Source of the DNA: Camelus dromedarius
Taxonomy: Eukaryota
Direction of reading: 5' to 3'
Assembly: GCF_036321535.1 (NCBI RefSeq)
Contig: NC_087436.1
Span: 78,804,001-78,868,000, forward strand
DNA: 64,000 nt
Shown: positions 24,111-37,869 of the stretch, piece after piece
How the letters are laid out: each line of letters starts with the position of its first letter
Position numbering within the stretch: the first letter of the stretch is position 1
Notes under the pieces: model-generated
What the model was told of the DNA's origin: nothing
Seen by the model: only the letters and a program-made list of their open reading frames with translations
Databases searched by the model: none
Program-made: the position numbers and the translations under genes

Positions 24111-24747
24111 AGAAACATCAGTGTTTTGCCCACAGGGTCTGCTGAGGCATGAAGAGCTCTTGGTCTCTTTACATTACAAGAACTGAGTTCTTCTAGTTAC
24201 TTATTAAATCTTGCTGATTCCTCCTTTGTCTTCAGCTATGCCGACAAAGCAGCCACTTCTGTTTGTCAGTGCTCCCACTTGCAGTAGCTTCTCTGTCTCC
24301 TTCTAACTTGTCCCTCTTAATTTGCAAAGGGTTTGAAAACCAGAGAGCTGAACTTGTTCAATGTGTGTGCAGATGAAGAACATGCAGGTTCTGGGTGAGA
24401 GCTGAAGGGGGTCCCCTGGGCTGAGACTAAAAGTGCAAAATTATCGGGAGTATGACATTTATTCAAAGATCTCTCTTTGGAGGTAAAGGGGGGAACGTGC
24501 CCTTGGGAGGTTAGAGGATGCCATGAAATAAGGTGAATCTGGCACTGAGCATCTCCTATGATGGTTCTCTTTGTTGATTCACAGGTTCTCAGCTTTACTC
24601 CAGTTAAATGAAATGGTGAGATAATTGAGTTTCAGATAGGTGAGACTAGCATATTTAGTTTCCACCACCCTGTGTGTGTTTGAACTTCCTGATACTGCTA
24701 TAATGCCTGTAATTTGCTTGAAGATACTACAGCATAAACAGTGTGAG

Positions 24748-24750
<3 letters not shown>

Positions 24751-24796
<46 letters not shown>
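24751..24796 (+). repeat. (TG)n microsatellite
   Basis: About 23 TG units. Confidence 0.95.
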
Positions 24797-24799
<3 letters not shown>

Positions 24800-25931
24800 G
24801 TTTTGTTCTTCACCCTAGGGGCAGTCCATTAACATCTGAAGTACCCTCATCAGGAATGCACACTTCAGGCATCCTTAGTTAGCATTTGACAAACTCTTAA
24901 CAGTTCTTAGACCAGAGGTCTCTCACAGACTTCAATTATTTTTTTATCTCCAATCAGCCTTAAAGAGTTCGTAATTAGGATAAAGGAAATAAGTTTTCAC
25001 TGGTAAAATAAGTGGTTGAAATAGGTGGATTGGCTAGAAATACTATACGGGTGCCTCCCAGCGGCATATATTCCTCAGAGTGGCATCACCTAAGGCTTTG
25101 CTCCATCCTGTGCCTGGCCACCGACAGGATTCTGCTGCTGGATTCCGACAAGAAGGTGGTACTATTGTATCATGCCTTCCGTGCAAGGGGCTTGTCCAAA
25201 AGGCAAAAGGGCTTCATCAAACTTACAGAAGTGCTGCATGGCTGTTTTGGTCCCTTATTGCAGTAGTTTGGTCTGATGTGGGATTCTGTTGTAGGGAAGA
25301 CCCATAGCCCTCCTCCTCCTCTCACACTGGTGTTGGCCAAAGTCACTTCCCAGCAGACAACGGCCATTTGGGTCTCTTGTTGCACCATCCGTGTTTCTGT
25401 TGTCCTCTCACTGTACCTATGAGGGTCAGAGGCACCACGAGCACTGGAGAAGATTACTGTTGGTGAGATGAGGCCGTGCACGAAGGGGCCATGTGCAGCT
25501 CACGGAGCTTCCCTCCCTCCCCTGGGAGGTGGGGTCCCAGGCTGCTGACACACACTTTGGGGTTGGGAGTGGAATGCCACCAGTGCTGGTGGTGGGGCCT
25601 GTGTATCACTTCCTTCAGCAGCTGAGGGTCAGAGCATCCAATACAAAGCATCACCCCCGAAGCTGGTTCCCACTTACGTTGTCCAGTGTGCTCTATACGC
25701 TGGAAAGTAAACACACTCCTCAGTCCCAAAAGTATATGATGTCAGGTGGTTCTTTAGTCTCAATAAATAGAGAGTTGAATAGGACAGAGACACAGTCCTC
25801 AAGGACCTTACAGTCTAATGAGAGAGATATACAAGTGGATCATTTTAACATAACATGATAAGTGTAAAAAAGGCAATAAGCCCATGATTCTATAGACTTG
25901 CTGAGGAGGGGCACTCAGCCTGCCCTAGGAC

Positions 25932-26752
25932 AATGCAGCTCAAACTCTTTGGTCTCAGGACCCTATTACATTAAAAAAATATTAATGAGAACCTCAAGGA
26001 GCTTTTGTTTATACGAGTTATATCTATCAACATTTACTAACTGATGTGGAGGGAGGGTGAAGCTCAGGGGTAGAGTGCATGCTTAGCATGCACGAGGTCC
26101 TGGATTCGATCCCCAGTATCTCCATTAAAAAGAAATAAATAAACCTAATTACCTCCCCACCTTAAAAAAAAATTTACTGACTGAGAAATGTCTTCTTATT
26201 CCAGTAAATATTAAATGTTAATATATCTCAAGAATGTTAAATTACTTTAAATATTCTATATTAAGATTATAAATATTATAAGTATTTAAATATTATAAAT
26301 TAAATATAAATATTTAAATATATTAAAATCATAAAATATTACATATAAAATATATAAATGTATTTGTTAACGTTATACGATAAATACTAGACAATTCATG
26401 AAGATAACAATAACAAGCCTATTCCATGTTAACATAAGTGATATATTTTAATGAAAAATAACTATTTTCCAAAACAAAAAAGTTTTGGTGTGGAGAATGG
26501 CCTCATTTTACATAATTGTGGATCTCTTTAATGTATGGCATAGCAGAAGCAGCTGGATTGACACATCTGCTTCTGCATTCCGTCTGTTGCAATATATTGC
26601 TTTGGTTGACGTCTCTGGAGAAAATTTGCCTCATACAGATGTGCAGTTGGAAAGGGGAGGACCTCACAGACCCCCTAAAAGGCAAGAGCGTATATGCTAC
26701 ACATAAAACGCATATGCTTGGGGACTCCCACCCAGAGGGACCTTGGACTGCT
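25932..26752. mobile_element. hAT-Charlie1-like DNA transposon relic
   Basis: CTCAAACTCTTTGGTCTCAGGACCC...GAGAACCTCAAGGAGCTTTTGTTTAT. Contains a SINE and an AT-rich low-complexity tract (26208-26390). Confidence 0.65.
26048..26172 (+). mobile_element. tRNA-derived SINE (Vic-1-like)
   Basis: AGCTCAGGGGTAGAGTGCATGCTTAGCATGCACGAGGTCCTGGATTCGATCCCCAG; TSD ATTTACTRACTGA. Confidence 0.9.
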
Positions 26753-27950
26753 GACCTCAGCTCCCAGAGGTAAGTTTTGGAAAGACCTGAGAGTTGTGGA
26801 GGTGAAAAACATGACAAGAACATTCTAGGTCACTGCTTCTCAAACAATCACGACACGTCCCAAACACCTGGGATCCGGGGTGGGGCTGGAATCCTGCATT
26901 TCTAACAAGCTCGCAGGGGATACTGATGCTGCTGGTCTGGTCCACACTTTGAGTAGCAAAGCTCCAGGCCAGGGAAAAAGCAGAAGCAGAGGCCCAGGGT
27001 CAGGGAACAGCCAGCAGTGGGAGAGGAACGGCCCGAGAGTGCGGAGCAAGGTGGGAAGTACCAAAGACGAGGGAAGCAGGCCAGGTCACGGAGGTGACAG
27101 CTGTCGCTTTCCCCCAGGGGAAGCCGTGAAAAGATTTTAAGCAGGGGACGACTCTGGCTCACAGGTAAGCAGACTTTCTTATTCTGAATAACTCAGAACC
27201 ACAATAAATAGAAAATAACCAAGCAAAGTGAGTAGCAACAGGATGAAGTAGAAGAAATAGAAAGATAATATTCTCCATGAATATTATTACAACATAGTTT
27301 AGTGGAAAGAGCATATGCTTTGGATTAGGACAGAGTTCGACTGAATTCCTGCTCTACCATTTACAAATATTCCTGAGTCAATTTCTCAGAGCTTCAGACC
27401 TCATTACATGTTAAGATATGAGAGACATGAATTATATGCACAGAGATTGAGTCTGGGGCATGGTAGGCACTCAATACACTGAAATCAGTGTGGTAGAAAA
27501 TGTTACAGAGATAGTGAAAAAATAACAACTGGAAGCTACTATTGTTATTTTAAGATTAGATGTAGGCTCGAAACAAGACAGTTGAGCCTAGGACTTCGTT
27601 TTCTTATGAGCAAAAAGATTCAGAATGAGGACTTGAGGGAGTCACCTAAAAGTAAATGTTTTTTGTACCCATGTGCCAGGCAGTGTCAGCTCATAGTCAT
27701 CCTGAATAATGGAGGAGGAGAGACATATTAAGCACTGATGACAACTGGAAGAGAAGGACCTCAGGCCACATGTTAATTATTCCTTCTTCCAAGACTACTA
27801 GGACCTAACCTTTCAATACAAAATTTGAAGGGTTTAAATCTTAGCTTTTCCCCCTTCTCATTTCTTGGTAGTCATGCAGATAATAATAAGCAAAAACACA
27901 AACGGCACAGAGAAAAAAATTATGTTTGCATATTAAATACAGCTATCACA

Positions 27951-28510
27951 TGCACCCCAGTGTTCACAGCAGCACTATTTACAACAGCCAAGACATGGAA
28001 GCAACCTAAACGTCCATCCACAGATGACTGGATAAAGAAGATGTGGTGTATTTATACAATGGAATACTACTCATCCATAAAAAATAATGAAATAATGCCA
28101 TTTGCAGCAACATGGATGGACCTGGAGATGATCATACTAAGTGAAGTAAATCAGAGAAAGACAAATACCACATGATATCGCTTATATGTAGAATCTTAAA
28201 AAAAGTGACACAAATAAACTTATTTATAAAATAGAAACAGACATAGACATAGAAAGCAAATTTATGGTTACCAGGAGGGAAAGAGGAGGGATGGATAAAT
28301 TAGGAGTTTGGGATTAGCAGATACAAACTACTATATACAGAAAAATAAACAACAAGGTCCTACTGTATAGCACAGGGAACTATATTCAATAGCTTGTAAT
28401 AACCTATAATGAAAAAATATGAAAAAGAATATATATACACAACTGAATCACTATGCTATATACTAGAAACTAATACAACACTGTAAATCAACTATACACC
28501 AATAAAAACA
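27951..28510 (+). mobile_element. Relatively young 5'-truncated L1 (ORF2 C-terminus plus 3'UTR)
   Basis: Peptide CTPVFTAALFTTAKTWKQPKRPSTDDWIKKMWCIYTMEYYSSIKNNEIMPFAATWMDLE. Perfect 17-bp TSD TAAATACAGCTATCACA at 27934-27950 and 28511-28527. Confidence 0.95.
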
Positions 28511-29806
28511 TAAATACAGCTATCACAGTTTTAAACATCTCTCTCTGCCTGAGCACCCCTACTAGAAGGTCTTTCCTAATTTCTATTCCTTTTTCTCTGT
28601 AAACACTTGACTTGCAGGATCCAGAAATTCCCTCACTACCACCTGGGATTCTGAGACACTTAATATCTCATTCTTGCCTTGAAATATTAGTTATTACAGT
28701 CACATATGAGGTGCTGCTTTCTCAGTCCATTTAGAGCAAATACTGGCTCTCTGATGGTTTGTTAATGACAGTTTTCATTATCCTAAAAATCCAGATTCTG
28801 AGTTGGGCAGAATTTGAAAGCCTATGTATTTATCTTGAAAAAGAATATATATGGGGTTTATCTAAATCTCTTAATAGTTAGGATGTCTGAGTAACTGTTT
28901 TTCTTTCCTTTGAAATGAAAGACAAGATAAGAGTAGGTTTATGAGAGAAAGCCAGATGTCAGAAGAGATAGCACACTTCAGTTGAGTCAATGAGTGTGTT
29001 TGGACAAATCACATTATCTCAGTGCTAAGATTCTTTGTATCTGTGTGACAGATCTGTTATTGTTTTATATGAAAATAGGCAGTGTGCAAAGAAATAAGTG
29101 ACTTGGACAGGGAGACAGTTCAAAGCTGATTTCTGACACGGGTTTCCTCAGCTGGTGGGCTGACTGTCATTTCTTTGGTCTTTCACTGGGAATTCATCCT
29201 TTTCAATCTTTGTGATTTCAGTATTTTAGACGAAGAATTTGGCCTAGAACACCCTTTGCAGTTGGGTATGCTTCCCAGGAACAGAAAATTAGTCTGTGCT
29301 CTCCTTCCTGCCTTCCTTCCTTTTTAAATTTTCTGAATGCATGAAAGCATTTCTTTAAGGAAAGCAAGGAGGGAAGGAGGGTGAATTTTTAATTTCTAAG
29401 GCTGATGAAGCCAGCCATCTGGATGATGGTTCGGAGTTGGCGCCCTCTGCCTCCTGCCAGCTCGCCTTTGGGCATCCTTTTGCGAAAAGCCTGGGCAACT
29501 TGACAGTTCCTGCAATTCACCTGGGATATTTAGGAAGGTAAGTTACGATGTCTGGGCAACCACTCTGGGTCCCTGAAATAAAAATTCAGTGATTCCTGTT
29601 AACAATAACAGCAAAAATTACAGAATGTCTAAGAATGAACTGAACAAGGAACACACAGAATCTGTATTTACAAAACTATAAACATTTACTGAAGGATGTC
29701 GTGACAGAGGGATAGACTCATCAATACATACAATATATATGTTGTTACGAGTATTATGTTATGTAATTTCATCAAGTCCCACTGTTGTGTGTCTCTCTTC
29801 TGACCT

Positions 29807-30004
29807 TCAAAATACCCCCAGGGACATAGAAGGAGCGTGGGGCATCAAGAGGCACTGTTTGGAGTGGCTCGGCGAGTACGTAACAAAGCCACACAGCACA
29901 TGAGGGTCACTTTTCAAGATGCATCCTTGATGCAATTCACAAAGCATCTTGCAGTGCGGCCTCGCGGTTGAGAGCCCTCCCTTGTCTCTGGACAAGTCTC
30001 TGTC
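29807..30004 (-). other. SCD5: Counterpart of the human SCD5 isoform-b alternative terminal exon (frameshifted)
   Basis: Pyrimidine tract followed by AG at 30006-30005 and 30001-30000. Peptides VQRQGRALNREAA and CKMLCELHQGCILK...HSKQCLLMPHAPSMSLGVF* resemble the isoform-b tail as recalled from memory (IQKEGRALNQEAACEMLREWHQGHILK...HSEKCCLMLRALSVSLEVF). Confidence 0.65.
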
Positions 30005-31283
30005 CTTTGTACCAATAAAGAATAGAGAAAATGGCTGAGAATTCAATCCAGGTTCATTCAGCAAGGGTTTAATTTCTCCAGTGCAACTGTGTAAATTGTG
30101 TCAATAACAAAACCTCATATGCCCCAACTTAATCATTCTATGACACATTCAATAGGCTATAGCACAGTGAGATGGGGACTGAGGAATTAGAATAAATATG
30201 TCAAAGGAAAAGCTCCCTGGTAGCTCTGACATGACAGCCTCTATGTGACTAATCTAAACATTCAATTTGGGTAATGGAACAGCTATCAACAAATTCATTA
30301 CTTAAGACAATATTTTTACTTCAACTGTCAACAGACAAGGGGTCTCCATAATCCATTACCATCAGCATTTTGCATCAGTAAGAGAGAAAAATGTACTTGG
30401 ATTTCACAAATATGTATGCATCACACTTTTCCAGTTTTAAAAAGGGGTTCAGCATCATTCAAAATTTTCACAAAATAGCTGTCACAAGGACACTGACTCT
30501 GCAAATCATTTCATGGCAAGAACTACAGATTGGATAGTAAGTAATGGATCTGCTTACAGTTAACTAGCCTATTTCTTACTTAAAAATATGCACTGGTGGC
30601 TTCGGATGCCTCTTGTTTAAACAATTTGTCCTTCGTTACTCTCCTCCTAGCATAATACTAGCCAGATAAATGTGGAGAGTGGCTGGAGTAATCACTAGAG
30701 GAGAGTCTTGCATGAAGCAAAACAGCACTAAAATGACTATTACTACGTGTGCTGTAATATCTCCCAGCTCAGACCACTGAGGAGAGTAAGAACAAGACAT
30801 ATGTAACATGCCCCCTGTGTTAATTTGCCTGTCTAGACATCAGATTCATTTTTGACTGATTTACCTTCTTGTTCCCTGAGAGGCAAGAGGATGCTGGATA
30901 GAAAAGGAGGCTCTGTCACCTCATTTTGTCAGATCTCTCTCTTCAACAAAAAAAAAGTGGGGATAGAAATGAAGAGACAGTATCTTTGTTATTTGGCCAA
31001 TGGTAGATTTATAGTTGTGGGGAAAATAATTGTATATCTTTTTTAAATTGGAATATAGTTTGTTTACAATGTTGTCTTAATTTCTCGTGTACACCACTGT
31101 ATGTCTCTTTTAAAGGGTAAATGGCCAAGAACAAATCAACACGTTTAGTCTCAAAGATTTGCAAATTCATTATGACAATGAGTATCAAAAGCTGAGGGTT
31201 TTACATATTATTTGACTCAGCAATTCTGACTTAAACTTTAGCCAAAGGAAAGTATCATGGCTATGGTCAAAGACTTATGCACT

Positions 31284-31405
31284 GGAGGAGGGTATAGCTT
31301 AGTGTAGAGTGCATGCCTAGCATGCACGAGGTCCTGGGTTCAATCCCCAGTACCTCCAATAAAAAAATAAACAAATAAATCTAACTGTCCTCTCCCCACA
31401 AAAAA
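31284..31405 (+). mobile_element. tRNA-derived SINE (Vic-1-like)
   Basis: GGAGGGTATAGCTTAGTGTAGAGTGCATGCCTAGCATGCACGAGGTCCTGGGTTCAATCCCCAG; TSD AAAGAYTTATGCACT. Confidence 0.9.
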
Positions 31406-31596
31406 GATTTATGCACTAAGTTGTTTATCACAGCATTGTTATAACTAATTTTTTAAAGGAGTGGAAATCCTTCAATGTTTATCAGAAATAATTATGATAC
31501 ATCTTCACAATGAGACACTAAGCAGGCATTAAAACTGGAAAGACATCACAGTATTCTGTTAAATGGAAGCTGCAGATTATAAAATAGGATGCAGAG

Positions 31597-33790
31597 TTCT
31601 GCTTCTACTTAGGATATGGAAAGTCCTAAGAGAATGTTGTTCCCATGTGAATGATGAGAAAAAGCTGGGTAAATTACAAAATCATCACCTTTCTTGAGCC
31701 CATCAGGGAGTTGAGGCCAAAGGGCAACCAAGGGAATTGAATTCCAGAGTGATAAGTCCATCCCTGAGCTGCTTCACTTTTGCACAAGCCAAAGAAGTGG
31801 CCACCATGTAAACAGCTTAAAGTTTAACACACCCTTAAAGGCCAAGTGTGGGCTAGTATGTCCACGTGGAATAGCTTAGAGCCTCAGACTCAAGGGAGTT
31901 TGCACTCACGCTCAAGCTCTTTTCTACAAACCTCCACTGGGAGTTCACAAAAGAATTTAGAGGCAAAGTAAGCTATTGGAGCAAGCCCTCCTCCACTGTA
32001 CAGACACGCATGAGGTGATACAGACACGCAGCTGCTGCTGGGAGACAAGCCAGCCTCGCCTTCTTCCCCAGAGCCTTCTCTTACCACCAAAAGTCTTCAA
32101 CTGCTGGGGGAGGGGAGAAAGCCCTCTGGCCCCTAGGACCAGGGAAAAGTCCATTGCTTCTGGGAGAAGAATAGAAGCAAAACCTGCTTGTCTCTGAGGG
32201 AGGAGTAGGAAACTCTCTCGCCCCAGACAGAAGCGCAGAGCCATTGCTACTGAGGAAAGGGTGGAAGCAAAAACCTTCTGCCCCACTGGCTTATGCCCAG
32301 GACCCTGCACTGCTCCAGAGCACATCTCCTACTGTGGGGAGAGGCAGGAATGCTCAGAAAACCTTAACCCCAAGGTTCAGGCACACAGGGCTTGCCTAAG
32401 ACTGATATAGGGACAGGACGACAAAGAAACCCCATTCCCCTACAACAAGCCATGCCCAGAGAAACAAACAACAGATGCCTCTGCCAATCCCCCAGCCTTG
32501 GGGTAGGGGCAAGAGTGCAAAGAGAGATCTACTCTGGGTGCAGGTATGCGGAGATGGCTGAAAGCTGAGGGGAAGCACAAATGCTTAGAAAAGTCCTTTG
32601 GCACCCCAGACTCCACTCTACACACACGGTAGCAGCAGCCATCCACTGAAGAATGTGGTGCACTATAGGTAACCATAGCAACAACAAAACCCAGCCTCAG
32701 CTCAACTGCTGATTCACTGACTTAACCTCCACCCCCTGCCACCCCCCTCACACTGATGACCTGCAAGAAGACTAACGTGCCTATTCTCAAGAGTAGATGA
32801 TATTTACCTTAGTCTCTCTGTTCTTCTAGACATGATGTCTAGCATATAATTAAAGATTATGAATCACACAGAAGCACAAGGAAAACAAAAGTTTCAAGAG
32901 ATAAAGTAATTAACAGAACTAAATTCAAAGATGACCCAGATGCTGCAATCAATAGGTACCTTAAAATAACTATAATTAACAGGTTAAAGGAATCTAGTGG
33001 AAAAGGTGGACAATATGCATAAACAGGTAAGAAATTCCAGTAAAGAGATAGACGGTATAAAAGTGTCAAATGCAAATGTTTTACATAAAAAACAGTATCA
33101 GAAATTAATTTCTTTGATGGGTTTACTGGTAGACCAGACATAGCTGAGGAAAGAATTCGTAAACTTGAAGATATGGCAATAGAAATTATTCAAAGTGAAA
33201 TATAAGGATAAAAAGGAATGAATTAAACTGAACAGCACCTCCACGAGCTGAAAAACAATATCAAACAGTTAAACATCTGTGAAGAGAGACAATAAGGCCA
33301 AAAATAATATAAAGAGATAATGATCAAGAATTTTGAAAATTAATGAGAGACAACTAAGTCACAGTTCCAAGAAGCCCAAAGAATCCCAAACAGGTTGACA
33401 CCTTCCCTGCCCCATGCCCCCACAAAAACCCAAACCTAGACACATCAGAGTCAAATTGCTTAAAACCAAAAATAAAAATAAAACTCTTGAAGGCAGCAAG
33501 AAAAAGAAACATTACATGCAGAGGAATAATGCTAAGAATCCTAGCAGATTCTCCGATAACATGCGAGGCATTAGACAAGAGATTGACATCTTATCATACT
33601 GAAAGAAAAAAACCCTGCCAATCCAGAATTTTATGTCCAGTAAAAATGCCTTTCAAAGATGAAGGTAAAATAAAGACCTTCAGACAAACAAAACCTGATA
33701 ATTTATTGGCAATAGAACCGTGCTCCAAGAAATGGTAAAGGAAGAACTTTCGGCAGAAGAATGACTTCAAGTGGAAATTAGGATACGTAC
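31597..33790 (+). mobile_element. Old L1 5' region with degraded ORF1
   Basis: ORF1-like peptides PKPRHIRVKLLKTKNK, KAARKRNITCRG..RILADS and CQSRILCPVKMPFKDEGKIKTF occur in broken frames. Confidence 0.75.
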
Positions 33791-33794
33791 ACAA

Positions 33795-33804
33795 ACACAC
33801 GCAC

Positions 33805-33842
<38 letters not shown>
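33795..33842 (+). repeat. (CA)n microsatellite
   Basis: Interrupted CA run. Confidence 0.9.
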
Positions 33843-33846
<4 letters not shown>

Positions 33847-34096
33847 CTGGAAATGAAATAATGAAGGTGAATATTAAATATGTTATAAAAATTTTAATCA
33901 GTTTAAAATAGTATATAGAGTATGAATATATTTTTGTAGAAAGAAAGCATCGTATGATTCATTAAAAAAACTTTAGGAAGTTATTTATCAAAATTTTAAC
34001 TAATTTTTTTCAAAGCGGAAGGGTTGCAAATTATTTTATTCTTTGTAAAGCGTATTTGTATTTTCTGAATTTTCTGCAATGAACTTCTTACATTAC

Positions 34097-34272
34097 TTTA
34101 TTATTGAAGTATAGTCAATTTATAATATTGTGTTAATTTCTGGTATACAGCGTAGTGACTCAGTTATACATATATATATATATATATGACTGGGACAATA
34201 CACTGTACACCAGAGATTGATACAACATTGTAAATTGAATATACTTTAATTAAAAAAATTATAAATAAAAAA
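34097..34272. mobile_element. Two L1 3' termini fused head-to-head at a (TA)n tract
   Basis: Minus-strand L1 end (34097-34165), TA run (34165-34187), plus-strand L1 end (34188-34272). Confidence 0.8.
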
Positions 34273-35679
34273 GAAAGGAAAGAGAGCCCAGAATTGATAA
34301 CATCTAAATATTAGTGAGAATGATATCTCTTTGCACCAAAATGTCTTTCATTTTGTCAATCTAACCCTTCAAATGTCAAACTAACCTTGCTTTGACGTCT
34401 ATGTAATTATTTAAATTTTACACTAAAATTAGCTAAGATTCCTTCTAAGCTTTGGTAGTAAAGTAGTATTTTACTAGACAAAGAATAATTTAGTGCACAC
34501 ATATGCTATTCTCTTTTGATTTGGTTAATCAAGACCGTGGGGAACCAGAATCTTTAGAATTCCATTTCGGAATCCAGGTGCCAGTCTACATGACAGCGTT
34601 ACTGAAAAGATCAGAGATAATGTATATAAAGATATAATGTAAGTACATAGTGGGTAGTTAGTAAATGACAGCTATTCTTGGCTACTGACGTGAAGATGCG
34701 TGAAGATGCCTTTATTGCCATCACAATGAAGCTAACATTTTCCTAACAGCAGTTTCAGAATCCATTGACATCTATTGATTAATATGTCTAACATGCTTGT
34801 GACTGAAGCATTCAGATGGCAGACATTTGAGAAGTTGTCTCCTCACGTTGCCAGGGGAATTTCACATATAGAAATGGATGATCAATGTGGGGAAGGAAAA
34901 ATGATACTAGTGCAGCTGATGTATTTTCACACACACACACAAGTTCTCCCAAAGTCCTACTAGGAAAAGTACCTCTGAGAGAGGCAAACAAATGGCATTT
35001 TGACTTGGAAATTTTTTAAAAGTCAAAATGAGTTCTTGAATTATGTGCCACACTGGTTTCTCCCCTGCCCAAATTTTTAGTCACTAAAATAGGGAAATTT
35101 TGGTGTTGATGCTGCCACCTCAATATTGAATCATCTCTGTCCTGTATCCCACAGTATTGTTCAGCTGCTTGGCCACAGCAAAGTCTCTTTAGACAGGCCA
35201 AAAGTTTACTATGTGTAGCTAAGGGATAGTTTACCTCTTCTACTGACTTTTAACAAAAGGGATCTAAATAAACACAGCTCCCACCTCTTTCGTTGATTTG
35301 TATCAAGTCCTTGGACCTCAGAAATTCAGAATTTTAATTCCTGCCAACTACAGCTGGATGCAGAGAAAATTATTCAAAGAAAAATTTATTTCTTTGTCAG
35401 AACTTTTATAGAGCCAGGAGAAGATGTTACCATATAAAGTGAGGGCAGTGTGTGAGAGAAGATTCCAGGGCTCAAGCTGTTAACCAAAGGTAAGATGTTC
35501 CTCAAAAATAGAAGAGAAGATTCAAGGGGACAGAATGTTTACATACACAAGGAACATATGAAAAAAATAAATCAGAGCAAGAAAATGGAGGAGAGAATAC
35601 AAGAGGACAAAGAACTGTCATCTCTCTGTCAAGGAAAAGAAAAGAGTTTGCCTGAGCAAAAAGCTAAGTGGTTTTTGTG

Positions 35680-36215
35680 ATATGGAAGCAGCCTAAGTGT
35701 CCATCAATAGATGAATGGATAAAACAGATGTGGTAGATACACACACACACACACACACAAACACCCCACTGGAATACTACTCAGCCATGAAGAAGAATGA
35801 AACTTTGCTATTTGTAGCAACATGGATGGGCTTGGAGGGCATTATGCTATGTGAAATTTAGTCAGACAGAGAAATACTGTATGATATATGGAATCATATA
35901 TGTGGAATCTAAAAAATACAACAAACTAGTGAATATAAACAAAAAAAGAAACAGACTTGCAGATATAGAGAACAAACCAGTGGTTACCAGTGGGGACAGG
36001 GGCAAGGCAGGGGTAGGGGACTAAGAGGTACAAACTATTATGTATAAAATAAACCACAAGGATATACTGTACAATATGAGGAATATAGCCAATATTTTAC
36101 AATAGCTATAAATGGGATATAACTTTTAAACACTGTGGATCACTATATCATGTGCCTGTAATATATATAATATTGTATAGTAACTATATTTCAATAAAAA
36201 ATAAATAAATGAATT
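35680..36215 (+). mobile_element. L1 3' end
   Basis: TGGAAGCAGCCTAAGTGTCCATCAATAGATGAATGGATAAA...A-rich tail. Confidence 0.9.
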
Positions 36216-37869
36216 AAAAAATCAAGAAGATGGGGAGAAGACCATCAAGGCATGGAGAACACCGTGTGACGGGAGGAAAAATGTCCCTGTGCAGAGCAGG
36301 GCACGGGGAGGAACAAAGCCTGCTAGCAGGTGAAGAGACAAAGACAGCAGAGACAGAAAGAGGTAAATCAACAAGAGGGAGTGAACCAAAAACAGCTTCG
36401 AGCAGCAAAGGCATCCATGGGGAGAGAGGTCCAGTCAGATGCCTGGCGGGGCTTCTCTCTCACATCCCCAAACCCAGTCAGAGGCTCTAGAAAGAAAGAG
36501 CAGGTACTCTCCAGAACCTGGTTCTATTGTTCACTGTTCCATCCCCAGCACCTAGAACAGTGCGTGGTATAGAGTGGGCACTCAGAACACAGTTGTTGAA
36601 TGAAAAGGGATACACACAGCAAAGAAAAGGAAGCTGGATCCCCTGAGAAACGCCGTGTGCCTCATGGCTTCTATTATCATGGTGTGAGTGGGCAGAGAGG
36701 ATGCCAAAGAGCTGGGCTCTGCGTAGAGCATGGCTGACTCATGCTCACCCTGGAGATAGTTTGGTTCCACTGTTTTAGGACCATCAAGGACACGAAGAGA
36801 AACAAGCAGCGGTCAAGCCAAAGGTGATTGATAAGCAAGGGAGTGGCAGGGGCTAGTTGTGCTTGAAAGGCCCTGCCTCCACGCCTGTCCCCACATGTTA
36901 CCCATAGGTTTGGATATTTTGACTGTCTCATCATCCAGGGTCTGTCCTTTGGGGATTATGTCTATAGCGTTTTCCACAAAAGACAACTACCCAACCAAGG
37001 CCTTGCATGTGCCCAGCTATTCAAAGTCATTAATCTAGACAAGAATTGTTAGCAATCAGTAGAGTAGGGCCCAGGGAAAATGAACTCAGAGTAGAGAGAA
37101 ACTCCCCAAGATCCAACATGAAACCAGGATCAAAGAGCAATGGATTTAGTCAATGGAGAGGTAGTCAAGTTGGTTGTAAATCCCCAGATGACTCATCCCA
37201 CCCCACTAGGGGATCCCCCAGGTGAAAGATGAAGCTGTAGGGGTAGAGAAGTGAAGATGAGTCAGTTGTAGGCTTGTCTGGCTGCTCTGCCCTGGCTATG
37301 TGACAGTCACCAACCGAGAAATACACTTAGGGTTTAGATAGGCAGGACTGACACAAAGTCATAAAAAGGTGACAGAAATGTGGTGCTTGTCCTTGAAAAA
37401 GAAAAAAAAAAGACTAATGATAACAGATCAGGGGACAAATTGAGGTGAAACAGACCTCAAAAAGGTTCTAGCCATTCAAGTGCCTTTTCTCTTGGAATGG
37501 CAAGATTTGTGTATTTTCACCTCTTTCCAGGGCACTGAAACAAGTGCTCCCCTCTTCTGAATCTTTCCATCCATTTTCTCTTAGCTTATCCCATCATCAA
37601 GGTGATGAATCAAGAAACTTTTTTTCCTGTGTCTGGACTAGGCCAGCATAAAATGCACCTGACAGCGTCTGCATGTTACTTCTAGAGGAATTTCTTCTCT
37701 AAGATGGGATTCCACGGGAATAGGAGCAACAGCCTCTGAATTCTCTCCTCATTCTGCCATCTCAGAAAAATGATCTGAGATTCCAGTTTCTGCTGACTGA
37801 ATGGAGACAGACAGGCTACTCATTTGTGACGGCCAATCATTTGCTTGAGGCAGAACGATTAAGTAACTA

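Noticed and set aside
26048..26125. tRNA-Ala-like sequences (also at the other five SINE positions)
   Set aside because: They carry a shared SINE tail, several have TSDs, and each has divergent stem substitutions; these are SINEs, not tRNA genes.
27825..28175. 116-aa ORF with a protein-like C-terminal half
   Set aside because: It is the L1 ORF2 C-terminus within a truncated L1, fused by chance to flanking sequence.
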